Under the pieces are notes generated by a model. That model was not told the origin of the DNA. It did no database searches and was given only the letters and a program-made list of their open reading frames with translations. A DNA stretch of 64,000 bases from an uncultured Planctomycetota bacterium (GTDB taxonomy: Bacteria; Planctomycetota; Planctomycetia; Isosphaerales; Isosphaeraceae), in NCBI GenBank assembly GCA_963737655.1, contig CAVTTN010000002.1:1824001-1888000 (forward strand), written 5' to 3'. This document shows, in pieces, positions 49,494 through 62,020 of the stretch; the stretch's first letter is position 1; every line of letters starts with the position of its first letter. A program made the translations under genes and the position numbers.

Positions 49494-52400
49494 ATGATCG
49501 CTCGATTCCGCGTCTCGATCCGTCCCGCGATCCTCGGCGCGGCGGCGCTGCTCGCCCTCCCGACGGCCGACGCCTGGGGACAGGCCCAGATCCGCGACTT
49601 CACCCGCCCGTTCGTCGTCCTCCACCCCGGAGGCCACAACGCCCCGGTCCGCTCGCTGGTCTTCACGCCCGAGGGGGACGGCCTGCTCTCGGCCGGGCTC
49701 GACAAGGTGATCGATCAGTGGTCGATCGAAGGGGGCCGGGCCCGGTTGGTCCGCACGCTCCGGCCGGCGTCGTGGCGGGGGATGGGCGGGGCGATCTATG
49801 CGATGGCCCTGTCGCCCCGGGCCGACGCCAAGGGCCGTCGGCTCCTGGCCGTCGGCGGTTACGGCGTGTCGAACAATCGCGGGGAGATCCATTTCCTCTG
49901 GTATCCCGGCTCGCCCGACTTCCCCAACGGCGAGACCCTGCCCGGACTCCCCTCGGGCGTGGCCTCCCGGCCCGATCTGCCCGGTCATACCGACACGGTG
50001 ACCGCCCTGGCCTTCACGCCCGACGGCCGCTTCCTCGCCTCCTCGGCCAACGACGGCCGGGTGATCCTCTGGGACATCGCGACCCGGGGGGCGACGATCC
50101 TTTCCGGCCCGGGACGGGCCGTCAACGCCCTGGCGATCCGGCCCGACGGCCGACGCCTGGCCTCCGGGAGCGAGGACGGGCTAGTCCGCCTCTGGGACCT
50201 CGATCGCCGGGCCCTGATCGCCCAGAAGACCCCGGCGCCGACCGAGAGCCGGCCGGGCGACCCCGCCGGGGATAGCGTCCTGACCCTCGCCTTCGCCCCG
50301 CCCCTGGGCGGCTCGATCGCCGTCGGCCGCGAGAACGGCCGGCTCGTCCGCTTCGACGGCGACCGCCTCGACGGCCCGGCGATCCTCAACGGCGAGGACG
50401 CGGGGAAAGGCCCGGTCGAGGCCCTCGCGTTCCGCCACGACGGCCGACTCCTCGCCGCGAGCGTCCTCAAGAAGCCCGCGCACGCCACCCGGCCCGACCC
50501 GGCCTGCGAGATCCAGTTCCGCTCCTATCCCGACGGCGCCCCTCAGCCTTCGGGCCTCTCCAGCGATGGCCTGGTCTATGCCCTGGCGTTCCGCGCCGAC
50601 GACGGCCTCTTCGCGTTCGCCGGAGGGGAGGACCAGTCGATCACCCTCCGCGACCTCAAGGCGCCCGATCGGCCGCTCTTGCGGCTCAAGGGGCAAGGCG
50701 GGAGCCTCCAGGCCGTCGGCTTCGCCGCCGATAATCGGACCATCGGCGTCTCCCGGACGATCGGCGGCGAGCTCATCGGCTACGACCTGGCCGACCGCCG
50801 CCTGAAGCCCGTCGAAAAGGCCGACCTCGCCCCGATCCCCACGACCGTCGACGGCTGGCGGGTCCAGCCGATCGACCCGTTCTCCCTGAGCGTGATCGAC
50901 CCGAACGGCAACGCCCGGACCCTGAAGCTGGACGAACAGAGGGACCGGCGATGGTGGGCCTGGACGTTCCTCCGGCCCCTTCCGGGGCACCACGGCGCGG
51001 CCCTGGCCGTGGCGTGCCAGGGGGGGATCGCCGTGTTCCGGCGTTCGGACCTCCTCCGGACCCGGACGTTCGCCGGCCACGAGGCGGACGTCCTGAGCCT
51101 CGCCCCCTCGCCCGACGGCCGATGGCTGCTCTCCGGCTCGGCCGACCAGACGGCCCGGCTCTGGTCCCTGGCCGGCTGCGACGCGCGACCCCCTCTCGGG
51201 GCGACCTTCCGCCGAGACCCCGCCGGCCGGTCGGTCGTCGCGACGGTCGCGAAACTCGGGTTCGCCGAGGCGATGGGATTGAAGGTCGGCGACGTGGTCG
51301 AGATCCTCGCCGTGAACGGCGTCCGCCGAGAGCCGATCGGCGACCTCGCCGCTCTGGATAACGAGGCGCCGGGCGTCCGCATCGAGTTCCAGGTCCGCCG
51401 GGGGGCCGAGGCGGTCCAGGTCGGCACGACCCGCCGCGATTCGCCCGCGCTGTCGCTGTTCGTGGGCGAGGATCGCGAGTGGGTGATCTGGATGCCGGAG
51501 GGGTATTACGACACCTCGGCCGCCGGCGACCGGGCCTATCTCGGCTGGCACCGCAACGGCCCCACCGCCGACTCCCCCACGGATCATTTCTCGGCCGAGA
51601 CGTTCGAGAAGGAATTCCGGAGGCCCGACATCCTCGCCCGGTTGTTCGCCACGGCCGATCCGGTCCAGGCGTTGGCCCTCCGCGCCAACCCGGCCGAAGA
51701 CCCTCCGGCGATCGTCCAGAGGCAGGGTCCGCCCCTGCTCCGGATCACCACGACGGCCCCTCGCCCGCCCGGTCGGCCGATCCTCACCCCCGCGAATTCG
51801 ATCGCCGTCCGGGCGCAGGTCGCCACGGAAGACCGGGTTCCCGTGCAATCGGTCACGGTGAAGGTGGACGGCCGCTCGGTCGGCCCTCCCCTGGTGTTCA
51901 ACCCGCCTCGCCCCCTGGCCGATCAGCCGATCGAGGTGCCGTTGCATTCCGGGATGCAGAAGGTGACGGTCGAGGCGGTGAACGTCGGCGGGAAGACGAG
52001 GACCGACGGGTTCGAGGTCGTCTCGACGGTCCCTCCGGGCAAGGCCCCGACCCTGCACATCCTGGCCATCGGGGCGTCGTCCCCATTCCAGGACAGGACG
52101 TTCCCGACCATCGCCCTGGCCGACGAGGACGCGAAGGACGTGGCCGGGTTCCTCGCCGCGCCCGGGGGGGCCTCGAAGTTCGAGTCGGTGGACGAGAAAC
52201 CGCCGATCGTCGGCGACGACCTGACCGTCAAGAACCTCCGGGACGCCTTCCGGAAGCTCGAGCGCGACGTGATCGACCCGGCCGACACGGTGTTGATCCT
52301 CCTCGAAACCCACGCGCTCTCCGGGGCCAAGACCCCGCAGGTCCTCACGGCCGACGCGGGCCCCGGGGCCGCCCCGACGGTCGCCGAGATCACCGATTCG

Positions 52401-52813
52401 CTCGGCAAGATCGCCGAGAAGGGATGCCGGGTGATGGTCCTCCTGGACACCGCCCACGAGGGCGCGCCGAAAGATTGCCTCCTCGGGGTGGCCGAATGGG
52501 CCGGGCCCTGACCCGTCGCGGGGTGATCGCCTTCGTCGCCTCGAACGAGGGGCCGAGCCGTCGCGCGATCACTTCTGGCCACGGCGCGTTCGCCCAGGCG
52601 ATCCTGGACAGCACCGACCCGAGAGGACGCTCCCGGACCTGGGTCGATCCCGACCGCCCGATGACCCTCGACGACTTCCGGGACGTCGTCCTCGGCCGGG
52701 TCTCCGAACTCACCGGGCGCAAGCAGTTCGCCGCGTGCTACCTGCCCGTGACCGTCTCGCCCCGAGTCCCCCTCTTCGAACCCAACCGCCCCGAGGCTTT
52801 GAGCTCGAAGTAG
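49494..52813 (+). CDS. Secreted WD40 + PDZ + caspase-like (C14, catalytic Cys lost) protein, apparent frameshift near 52500
   Basis: Signal peptide; GH..V..LAF.PDG repeats; GLKVGDVV..VNG; ILAIG, LETH, LLDTAH, HGAFAQAI. Confidence 0.85.
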
Positions 52814-52845
52814 TGGGGAGCTAACCGCCAGGACGCGAGGGAGAC

Positions 52846-53045
52846 TAACCGCCAAGACGCCAAGATCGCCAAGGGCCGAGGAGAGGGAGCGGACGGAGAG
52901 TAATGAAACGCAGATTTCGCAGATTTCGCAGATTTGAAAAAATGCTACTCGCTTTCAAATCTGCGTCCTCTGCGTTTCGATCCTCTTTCTCTCCACCGCC
53001 TCTTCCTCTCCTCGGCCCTTGGCGATCTTGGCGTCTTGGCGGTTA
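52846..53045. repeat. Nested palindromic element: perfect 41-bp outer IR and inner CGCAGATTT-type IR
   Basis: 52846-52886 is the reverse complement of 53005-53045; inner arms 52905-52939 and 52953-52978; lies between convergent genes. Confidence 0.9.
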
Positions 53046-53076
53046 ATCTCCCTCTCCCTCCCAAGAATTTGGCGGC

Positions 53077-56000
53077 TCATCCCCCGCCAGGCCGGACCCG
53101 GACCAGGGGGAACGGCTCGCCGGCCCCTTCGGCCTTGGAGGGCGAGGGCGGGGCGTTGGGGTCGGCCTTCGGGCCGCGGTTCTCGACCTTGGCCGAGAGT
53201 TTGGGTAGGTGGCGGTCGAGGTACTGGCGGATCTCCTCGCTGGTGATCTGGCCGTCGCCGTCGAGGTCGGCCGATCCGAGCTCTCCGGCGGAGGCCGGCG
53301 CGGGCTTCAGCCCCTCGGCGCCGAGGCCCTGGAGGATCAGGTAGGTCATCAGGCCGTGGCCCAGGACGTCCGCCTCTCCGGCCGCCTCGCCCTTCCTCGC
53401 CGCCAGGAGATAGGCGGTCCGGGCCTGATGGGCCCCGGCGTCCACCTTCTCTCGGATGCGGATCACGCCCGGGTCGTCGAAGATCGCGCCGGCCTGGCAG
53501 GCGTCGATCACCACGAGCCGGTTCTTCGCGGCCATCCTCGCGAGCGATCGATAGATCGTGGTATAAGGCAGGATGAACGCGGAGTCGTCCGGCCCGGCCT
53601 CGACGGTGATCGGCCCTCGTTGGCCCGGCTCGATCGCCTTCGGCGGGAACGGATAATCGGCGAGGAGCAGGCGGAATCGATCGCGACGGACGTCGGTATG
53701 CCCGGCGACGAAGAAGATGACGGTGTCCTCGGGCCGGCAGGCGTCGCGGATCGCCGCCAGGGCCCGCTCGACCTCCTTCGGCCGGACGCCCGCGTCCTTC
53801 AGCACGAAGTGGAGGCCGTCCCCGGCGTCGGCCCCGTGCGTTTCGAGGAAGGCGCCGAAGTCCTCGGCGTCGCGGTCGGCGAACTTCAGAGGGATCTTGA
53901 CATATTCGCTGATTCCCAGCGCCAACGTGTGGATCCGGCCGCCCGGGCCGCCGACGGGGCCGGCCACCGAGACCTCGTTCGACCGGCCGTGGACGGAACC
54001 CTCGACGGGCCGGGACGCCATCGCCACGAGGCGATTCTCCCCCTTCGCCAGGCGGACGCGAGCGGTCAGGGCCCTCGGGTCGGCCGAGGCGGCGAAGTCC
54101 TCGGAGTCGGCCACGGGCAAGTCGTTGCGGTAGAGCCGCAGGTTTTGCAGGCCGGGCTCGGCCAGGTGGACCGTCACGATCGCCTCCCGCCCGTCGGGAT
54201 CGAGCCGGGGCGGGTCGATCGCCAGCGAGGGCGGGGTCGGGCCGAGGATCGCCGACACTCCGCCGACGGCCTGGCCCCGGCTGATCGGTTCGGTCAGGCC
54301 GAACAGCCGGGAGGCGTCGGCGAAGGCATCCAGGGGCAGGACCGCGTTTCCTTTTCGCCAGGTCACGGCGGTCTCGCCGCCGGGGGAGCTGTCGAACCGG
54401 CCTTCGGGCGTGAAGGCGACCCATCGGCCGTCCGCCGCCGAGGCCCAGAGCGTCCCCAGGGGCGTCTTCGCGTCGTCGGACCAGAAGCGAATCGTGCCGT
54501 CGTCGCCGGCCGAGACGATCGGCAACCCCGGCCCGCCGACGGTGATGGCGTTGACCTGCTCGGTATGCCCCGGCGCCAGCCTCCTCGGCGCCCCGTCGGT
54601 CGCCAGGGGCCAGGCCCGGACGCTCGAATCGGCCGACGAGGCCAGCAGCAGGCCGCCGTCGGGCGAGGTCGCCACCGCCCTGATCTCGCCGTCGAACTTT
54701 CCGAGCGGGGTCGGCCGCGATTTGCCGCCGTCGAGCAGCTCCCAGAGGATCACCCGGCCGTCGCGATGGCCGGTCACGACCTTGCGGCCCGGGAGCATCA
54801 CGGCGGCGGAGACCGCCGGCTTCGCGTCGGGGTCGTCGTCGCCCGGGGCGTGGAGGTCCCAGAGCGGTTCGCCATCGCGAGCGACGTCCCAGACCTTCGC
54901 CGAGCCGTCGATGCTGCCGGTCAGGAGCCATCGCGAGTCGGCCGAGAACCCCACGACCGAGATCGGCGCCTGATGCCCCCGGATCGTCCTCGACGGGCGC
55001 CTCCGGTCGCCGGCCAGGCGCAAACGAGGGGGCCGTCGGGGCTGCCGGCGGCGATCGTCTTGCCGTCGGGGCTGACCGCGACGCCCGCGAACCCCCAGGG
55101 CGAACCCGGCGGGTCGAACCGCTCGGGCCTCCGCGAGCCCGAGGCGCGGTCTACCAGGACGACGTCGCCGCCCAGGCGGGTCATCGCCAGCGTTGATCCG
55201 CCGGGGAGGAACGCCGCGGACGTCCACGCCCCTTCGATCCGGCTCATCCCCCGGCCGTCCCGGAGGTCCCAGACCGAGGCGATCCGGTCGTGGTCGATCG
55301 GGACGAGGTACCGGCCGTCGGCCGAGACCGCGAGGGCGTCAATCCGGCCTCGATGCGGGGCGATCGCGAACCGGGAGGAGCCGTCGGCCGAGGACCAGCC
55401 CCGGATGCCGCCGTCCTGGTCGGCCGAGGCGATCAACCCGCCGTGAGGGGCGAACGCGACGCTCAGAGATCGCGGCCCTTTGGCGGGTTTCTCCAGGGGC
55501 ACGGCCCGGCTGCCCTCCGGCGTGTCCAGGTCCCAGAGGGTGATCTCGCCCGGACCCGAGAGCGCCGCCAGATGGTGGCCGTCCGGCGCGACGACCAGGC
55601 CGGAGGCCCGGTCTCGGAGCGGCAGGGGCTTCGTGGTCGCATCGCCGAATCGGCATGCGATGGCCCCCTTGCCGACGGCCGCCACGGGCCCGGAATCGGT
55701 GATCGCCACGGCCTCGATCGGCCCCGGGAAGCTCCATTCGCGGAGGAGCTCGCCGCTGGGCAGGCTCCACGCCATCATCCGGCCGGAGCGGTCCCCGGCC
55801 ACGAGCCGATGGGGCTCGCCTTCGCGGCTCAGGACGGCCAGGCCCGATTCGCGGACGACTCCCTTGGGCCCCGCGATCGGCTCCAGGGCGGTGCCGTCGG
55901 CCCGGAACCGGCGGATCGTGGTCCCCTGACCGACGACCAGGCCGCTCGCGGCGATCCCGTCCAGGCCCACCGCCACCGCCCCGATCCCGTCGGCCAGCCG

Positions 56001-57251
56001 TCGAGGCCGGATCGCGTCCTTCTCGATCGTCCAGAGGACCAGGCCGCCGGAGAGGTCCAGGGCCGCGAAGCCGGAGCCGCCGGGGAGGAATTCGACCCGG
56101 GAAATGCCGCGAGAATGCGGCCTCTTGCCCGTGAAGACGATCGGTACGAACGTGTCCATCGGCCAGGCGACGACCCGCCCCGCGCCGTCTCCGCTGGCCA
56201 GGATCGAGCCGTCCGGGCTGATCGCCAGGGCCGAGACCCCCATCGTCGGGCCCGAGAGCGTCCTCAGCAGGGCCCGATCGGCGACCCGCCAGACCCGGAT
56301 CGTCGAGTCCATCCCCGAGGAAACCATCGTCGCGCCGTCGGGGGTGAAAACCACGTTCGCCACGCGGTCCGAATGCCCCGATTGCAGGAGGATCTCGGGA
56401 GGCGTGCCGACGTCCCGGAGGGATTTCGGCCACAGGGTCCAGATCGGGCCGAGCCCGCCGGAGACCGAGAACCGCGAGGCGTTCAGGCCCCGATCGCCGT
56501 TGAGCGCATCGAGGCAAGCCAGGCCGTTCTTCGGCGCCGAGGCCGTGCCGAGACCCCGGGCGAGGGCGTCGTGAAACGGGTTCTTCCCGGTCGGACCGGC
56601 CGGCCTCCCGGACATCCACGCCGAGACGCCGGGCCAGCGGGTCAAGGTGGCGAGCATCCGATCGGAGATCGCCAACCGGGGCGGCAACGCCGCGTTGCCG
56701 GGCCCGGCGAACGCCTCGGGATGGGGGACGTCCAGCACCACGAGGGTCGGGTTCTCTCCCGACGAGGCCACGGCGTCCAGGGCCGAATCGAGGGCCCAGC
56801 CGGAGTCGCCCTGGCGATCGGTCGAGACGGCGAGGATGCGGCCGGAGTCCGCGTCCCGGCCCGGGAAGGCCCTGCCGGCGTAGTAGATCACCACGAAATC
56901 GCCGGGATGGAGGCGGGCGCGGAGCCAGTCCCGGCAGGCCCAATCCAGGTTCGCGCGGGTCGCCTTGATCGAGGCCGTCTGGGCGAGGGGGGCGCCGTGG
57001 GCCTCGGGCGCCGAGTCTTCCAGGGCGAGGATGTGCGAGGCGTCCCAGCCCGCCTTTTCGATCAGCAGCCGACGGAAGGCGCGGGGGTCGCGGTCCGAGC
57101 CGGCGAACAGGGCCGGATCGCCGGGGCGGCCGTCCTGGACCTTCACCCCCGCGACGATCGCCCAGGCCTGGGGGGCGTCGGCGGCGAGAGAGGGCCGCGA
57201 TGAGCCGAGGGCGGCGAGGGCCAGGAGCGCGACGAGCCGGCGGGGGTGCAT
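53077..57251 (-). CDS. Secreted protein: degenerate caspase domain + WD40 repeats + intact caspase (C14) domain, apparent frameshift at 54995-54997
   Basis: Signal peptide; N-terminal YYAGRA/LDVPH; many WD40 repeats; C-terminal FVAGHT, IDACQAG, HGLMT. Confidence 0.85.
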
Positions 57252-57331
57252 GGATCTCACCTTTGGGGGGAGTGGGGCTCGATCGGGGGGACCTCCCCAG
57301 GCCGCCGGGGCGACGGCGACGGCTCCGGCGA

Positions 57332-59530
57332 TCACTTCCCCGTCTTCGGCAGCTCGACGGCCACGCGGAACCCCAGGTCATCCTGCTCCGGGTCCGACGT
57401 CGGGGCGTCCCCGGCAACGAAATCGCGGGCCATCAGCGAGAATTTGTCGGCCAGGGACCGGAACGATCCGCCCTTGACCACGAACTCGCCGGCCTTCGGG
57501 CCCGGGTCCCGGCACCATTCGCGGACGTTCCCGGCCATGTCGAAGAGGCCCTGCTTGGTCATGTCATCGGGATAATTCTTGACCTTGGTCGTCTTCGTGG
57601 GGACGCCGGTCAGGGTGTCGATGTTCGCCTTGCCGGACTCGGGTTCGAGCGGAGAGTCGTCGGACCAGACGTATTTCCGGTCGTATCGGCCCGCCGAACG
57701 CGCCGCGTATTCCCACTCCGCCTCGGTCGGGAGGACGCCGCCGACCCAGCGGGCGAAGTCCTCGGCCTGGGAGTGGGTCACTCCAGCGGCCGGGTGGAGC
57801 AGGATGGCGTCCTCCGGGACTTTCTTCTTGCGGAGCGCGTCCATCGGCGCCAGGAACGAGGCCGGCGGGTCGAGCTTCCTCGCCTGGTAGTACGCGAGCA
57901 TCTGGCCGTTCGTGACCTCGGTCTCTCCCAGGGCGAAATCTCCCACGGTCTCCGGATGGGCGGCGGGGCCCTCGCCCATCACGAACTCCCCGCCGGGGAT
58001 CGTGATCAGGCGGAGGCCGATCGCCGAGGACTCGCCCTTCGGGACGATCGCCGAGGGTCGGCCGTCCTTCGTGAACGTCGATCCCTTGGCCGCGGCGAAA
58101 CCGGAGGGGAGCCCGGACGCCACCGGGACCGGCGTCCGTCCGGTTCCCCCGTCCTTCGACCTCCACAGCGCGAACATGGCCACGGCCAGCAAGAGCAAGG
58201 GGACCGCCACGAGCGAAACCACGAGCCACGTCGGGACGCCCGGCGGGGGCGGCGGCGGGGGCGGTTCCTCCTTCCTCGGCAGGGCCTTGCGGAAGAGCTC
58301 GGCCACCTCCCGGGCCGATGCCGGGCGGTCCTCGGGCTTCTTCTCCAGGCACTTCATCACGAGCTCTTCGACGCCCGGCGGGTACTGCACGGCCGGGTTC
58401 ATCGCCGAGAACGGCGGAGGGGGCGCCGTGATCGTCTCGGCGATGATCCGCGAGGCCGGCCCGGTGAACGGGCGGAACCCGGTCAGGAACTCGTAGAGGA
58501 TCACGCCGACGGAATACACGTCGCTCCGGGCGTCGGCCTTGCCGTCCACCTGCTCGGGGCTGGCGTAGGGGGGCGTCCCCATGAACATGCCGGTCATGGT
58601 GTGGACGTCGGACTCGACGCCCGTGCCCTCCAGGACCTTGGCGATCCCGAAGTCCAGGACCTTCAACTGCTCTCGGCCGAACGGGCGGTCGGCCAGGAGC
58701 ATCAGGTTCGCGGGCTTGAGGTCCCGGTGGACGATCCCGAACTCGTGGGCGGCCTGCAGGACGTCGCAGAGCTGGTCGAGCATCCGGGCGATCCAGTCCA
58801 GGGGCTTCGGCTCCCCCCGGTGGATGATCTTGTCCATGCTGTCGCCGCGGACGTACTCCATGTCGATGAACGCCACGTCGCGTTCGGTCAACCGGGCGTC
58901 GTGGACGGTCACGGCGTTGGGGTGGTTGAACCGGGCCATCACCCGGGCCTCGCGGAGGAAGCGGCCTCGGGCGTGGGAGTCGTTGGAGATCCCGGCGATG
59001 ATCAGCTTCAGGGCGCGATCGACGTTGAGCTCGCGGTGGGTGACGAGCCAGACGGCCCCCATCCCGCCGCGGCCCAGCTTCTTCTGGACGAGGTATCGGC
59101 CGAAGACGACCTGGCCGGGCTCGAACTCGCCGGTGGCCTCCAGCGTGTCCCAGAACGCGCCGGAGGGGCCGCCGACGGGCTTCTCTCCCGAGGGGGACGG
59201 CGAGGGCGAGGCCGCGCGATCGGCGTCGGACATCGGCCGGGTCGGCGGCGACGAGTCGTCCCAGCCGGCGGTCTCCGGGGTCGAGGGGAATTCCACGGTC
59301 GGCTGAGGCCCGGGGTCCCTCGGGGCGTGGCCGAACGGGGCCGTCGTCTCGGAGACCCCGGTGCCCGGCTGGACGGCCGTCTCGCCGAACTCCTCGGGCA
59401 CGGCGGCGGCCGTCGGAGGCGTCGGGTCGTCGGCCCCGGGGGCGCCGTCCCGGCCGAGCTTGGCCGTGTTGTCCGAGTCGCCGTCATCGGCGGCGCCGTC
59501 GGTCCAGGCTGTCTCCGGGTCGCCGGTCAT
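57332..59530 (-). CDS. Ser/Thr protein kinase with TM and FGE-sulfatase (SUMF1-like) domain
   Basis: LGRGGMGAV, ALK, HRDLKPAN, DFG, GTPPYASPE; TEVTN, LPTEAEWEYAAR, DMAGNVREW, GFR. Confidence 0.95.
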   Translation of the reverse strand: MTGDPETAWTDGAADDGDSDNTAKLGRDGAPGADDPTPPTAAAVPEEFGETAVQPGTGVSETTAPFGHAPRDPGPQPTVEFPSTPETAGWDDSSPPTRPMSDADRAASPSPSPSGEKPVGGPSGAFWDTLEATGEFEPGQVVFGRYLVQKKLGRGGMGAVWLVTHRELNVDRALKLIIAGISNDSHARGRFLREARVMARFNHPNAVTVHDARLTERDVAFIDMEYVRGDSMDKIIHRGEPKPLDWIARMLDQLCDVLQAAHEFGIVHRDLKPANLMLLADRPFGREQLKVLDFGIAKVLEGTGVESDVHTMTGMFMGTPPYASPEQVDGKADARSDVYSVGVILYEFLTGFRPFTGPASRIIAETITAPPPPFSAMNPAVQYPPGVEELVMKCLEKKPEDRPASAREVAELFRKALPRKEEPPPPPPPPGVPTWLVVSLVAVPLLLLAVAMFALWRSKDGGTGRTPVPVASGLPSGFAAAKGSTFTKDGRPSAIVPKGESSAIGLRLITIPGGEFVMGEGPAAHPETVGDFALGETEVTNGQMLAYYQARKLDPPASFLAPMDALRKKKVPEDAILLHPAAGVTHSQAEDFARWVGGVLPTEAEWEYAARSAGRYDRKYVWSDDSPLEPESGKANIDTLTGVPTKTTKVKNYPDDMTKQGLFDMAGNVREWCRDPGPKAGEFVVKGGSFRSLADKFSLMARDFVAGDAPTSDPEQDDLGFRVAVELPKTGK

Positions 59531-59762
59531 GGGGCGGTTCCGATCCCGACCGAAGGAATGGGCGAGGCCCGGGGGATCTCGGGAATACCCCCGGGCCGGG
59601 CCGTACATGATCGTGAAGGCCCCGGCTCGCATTGTACGAGGTGCGCGGCGGTCGCCACAACCGAAGGGGGCCGCCCGGCCGCCCGCCTTGCACCCGGGCG
59701 ATCCCTGTGCGACGATTTTCCCCGCGAGAGACCGATCCTCGCGGACCGAAGCGGAGGCGGCG

Positions 59763-61901
59763 ATGCCCGCGACGTATACCCAGGCCCATCGGGCCTTGAT
59801 GCTCACCCCGCCGGCCCCCCTGGCCAAGGATGACCTCCTCCTGGTCGGGTTCCACGGCCACGAGGCGATCTCCTCCCTCTTCGCCTTCCATCTGGACCTC
59901 ATGGGCGAGAACGGCAAGGCCGTCCCGTTCGACCAGGTCCTCGGCAAGAAGGCCACCGTGCAGCTCGGGCTGCCCAACGTCCCGCCCCGGTTCTTCAACG
60001 GGATCGTCAGCCGGATCGCCCAGGGACGCCGGGACCAGGACTTCACCCGCTACCAGATGGAGATCGTGCCCGAGGCCTGGCTCCTGACCCGCTCCGCCCG
60101 GAGCCGGATCTTCCAGCAGGTCACCGTCAAGGAGATCCTCGCCGAGGTCTTCGCCGGCTTCTCCGTCGACCTCCGCCTCAAGGGCCAGTACCAGTCCCGG
60201 GATTACTGCGTCCAGTACCGCGAGACCGACTTCAACTTCGCCAGCCGATTGATGGAAGAAGAAGGGATCTTTTACTACTTCACCCACGACGCCAAGAACC
60301 ACGTGATGGTGATCGCCGACAGCCCGGACGTCCACCCCCAGCTCGGCGACGCGATCGTGTACGAGGAGCTCGAGGGCGGCGAGCGCGACGACCAGCGCGT
60401 CTTCGACTGGGACAAGGCCCAGGAGCTCCGCTCGGGCAAGTTCACGCTCTGGGACCACTCGTTCGAGCTCCCCCACAAGCACCTGGACGCGGAGAAGACG
60501 CTCCAGGACTCGGTGACCGTGGGCAAGGTCACGCACAAGCTCAAGGTCGGGCCCGGCGAGAAGCTGGAGATCTACGACTATCCCGGCGAATACGCCCAGA
60601 GGTTCGACGGCGTGAGCCCCGGGGGCGGGGATCGGGCCTCGGACATCGACAAGATCTTCCAGGACAACACGAGGACCGTCGGCATCCGCGCCGAGCAGGA
60701 GGCCGCCCAGGCCCTGGCGATCCGGGGTGCGGGGAACGTCACGGCGTTCGTCCCCGGGGTCCGCTTCAAGCTCGCCCGCCACTTCGACGCCGACGGCCCG
60801 TACCTGCTGACCTCCGTCCACCACTCGGCGGCGGTCTCCAGCGACTACCGGTCCGAGGGCGAGGCCTACTCCTATCAGAACTCGTTCGGGGCGCTGCCCG
60901 CGGGCCTGCCGTTCCGGCCGGCGAGGGTCTCGCCCAAGCCGGTGATCCACGGGACGCAGACGGCCGTGGTCGTCGGCCCGGCGGGCGAGGAGATCTTCCC
61001 CGACAAATATTCTCGCGTGAAGGTGAAATTCCACTGGGACCGCTCGGATCATCAGCATATCGACGCGTCATGCTGGGTTCGCGTCTCCACCCCCTGGGCC
61101 GGCAAGCACTGGGGGATGATCCACATCCCCCGGATCGGCCAGGAAGTGGTCGTCGCCTTCGAGGAAGGGGACCCCGACCGCCCGTTGATCGTCGGCAGCG
61201 TCTACAACGCCGACATGATGCCGCCCTACGACCTCCCGGCGAACAAGACCCAGAGCGGGATCCAGTCCCGTTCCTCCAAGGGGGGCGGCCCCCCCCATTT
61301 CAACGAACTGCGGTTCGAGGACAAGAAGGGCTCGGAACAGGTCTTCTTCCACGCCGAGAAGGACTTCGTCCGCGAGGTCGAGAACAACGACACCCTGACC
61401 GTCGGCATCCCCGGCGACTCGCTGAAGGAAGGCAACCAGGCTTCCACCATCTACAAGGACCGGACCGCGACGATCCTCCACGGCAACGAGCTCCTCACCG
61501 TGAAGGAGGGGAACCGGACCGTGGAGGTCACCCAGGGGGACGACCTCCACCACGTGAAGACCGGCAACCGCACCGTGAACGTGGACACCGGCAACGATTC
61601 GCACACCATCAAGACCGGCAACCGCTCGGTCGAGATCGGCATGGGCAACGACTCCCTCCTGATCAAGATGGGCAACCAGACGACCAAGCTCAACCTGGGC
61701 CAGAGCACGACCGAGGCGATGCAGTCGATCACGCTGAAGGTCGGCCAGAGTAGCCTCGTGATCGACCAGATGGGCGTGACGATCAAGGGGATGATGATCT
61801 CGGTCGAGGGGCAGGTCCAGACGTCGGTCAAGGGCCTCATGACGCAGATCAACGGCGACGCGATGCTGACGGCCAAGGGCGGGATCACGATGATCAATTG
61901 A
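59763..61901 (+). CDS. vgrG: Type VI secretion tip protein VgrG
   Basis: EAISSLF, YCVQYRETDFNFASRLMEEEGI, GTQTAVVVG, RVKVKFHWDR, PRIGQEVVV.F..GDPDRP, NELRFED, beta-repeat C-terminus. Confidence 0.97.
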   Translation: MPATYTQAHRALMLTPPAPLAKDDLLLVGFHGHEAISSLFAFHLDLMGENGKAVPFDQVLGKKATVQLGLPNVPPRFFNGIVSRIAQGRRDQDFTRYQMEIVPEAWLLTRSARSRIFQQVTVKEILAEVFAGFSVDLRLKGQYQSRDYCVQYRETDFNFASRLMEEEGIFYYFTHDAKNHVMVIADSPDVHPQLGDAIVYEELEGGERDDQRVFDWDKAQELRSGKFTLWDHSFELPHKHLDAEKTLQDSVTVGKVTHKLKVGPGEKLEIYDYPGEYAQRFDGVSPGGGDRASDIDKIFQDNTRTVGIRAEQEAAQALAIRGAGNVTAFVPGVRFKLARHFDADGPYLLTSVHHSAAVSSDYRSEGEAYSYQNSFGALPAGLPFRPARVSPKPVIHGTQTAVVVGPAGEEIFPDKYSRVKVKFHWDRSDHQHIDASCWVRVSTPWAGKHWGMIHIPRIGQEVVVAFEEGDPDRPLIVGSVYNADMMPPYDLPANKTQSGIQSRSSKGGGPPHFNELRFEDKKGSEQVFFHAEKDFVREVENNDTLTVGIPGDSLKEGNQASTIYKDRTATILHGNELLTVKEGNRTVEVTQGDDLHHVKTGNRTVNVDTGNDSHTIKTGNRSVEIGMGNDSLLIKMGNQTTKLNLGQSTTEAMQSITLKVGQSSLVIDQMGVTIKGMMISVEGQVQTSVKGLMTQINGDAMLTAKGGITMIN

Positions 61902-62020
61902 GAGTCGGGTGCCGGAAAGGCACCTTCTTCCTGCCTGGAGGTTGCGTTCATCGAAGATGGTGCATTTCATGCACCCTACGGCATGGGGAACTTCCGGGAA
62001 CGGGACGAGGTTCGACGCGA

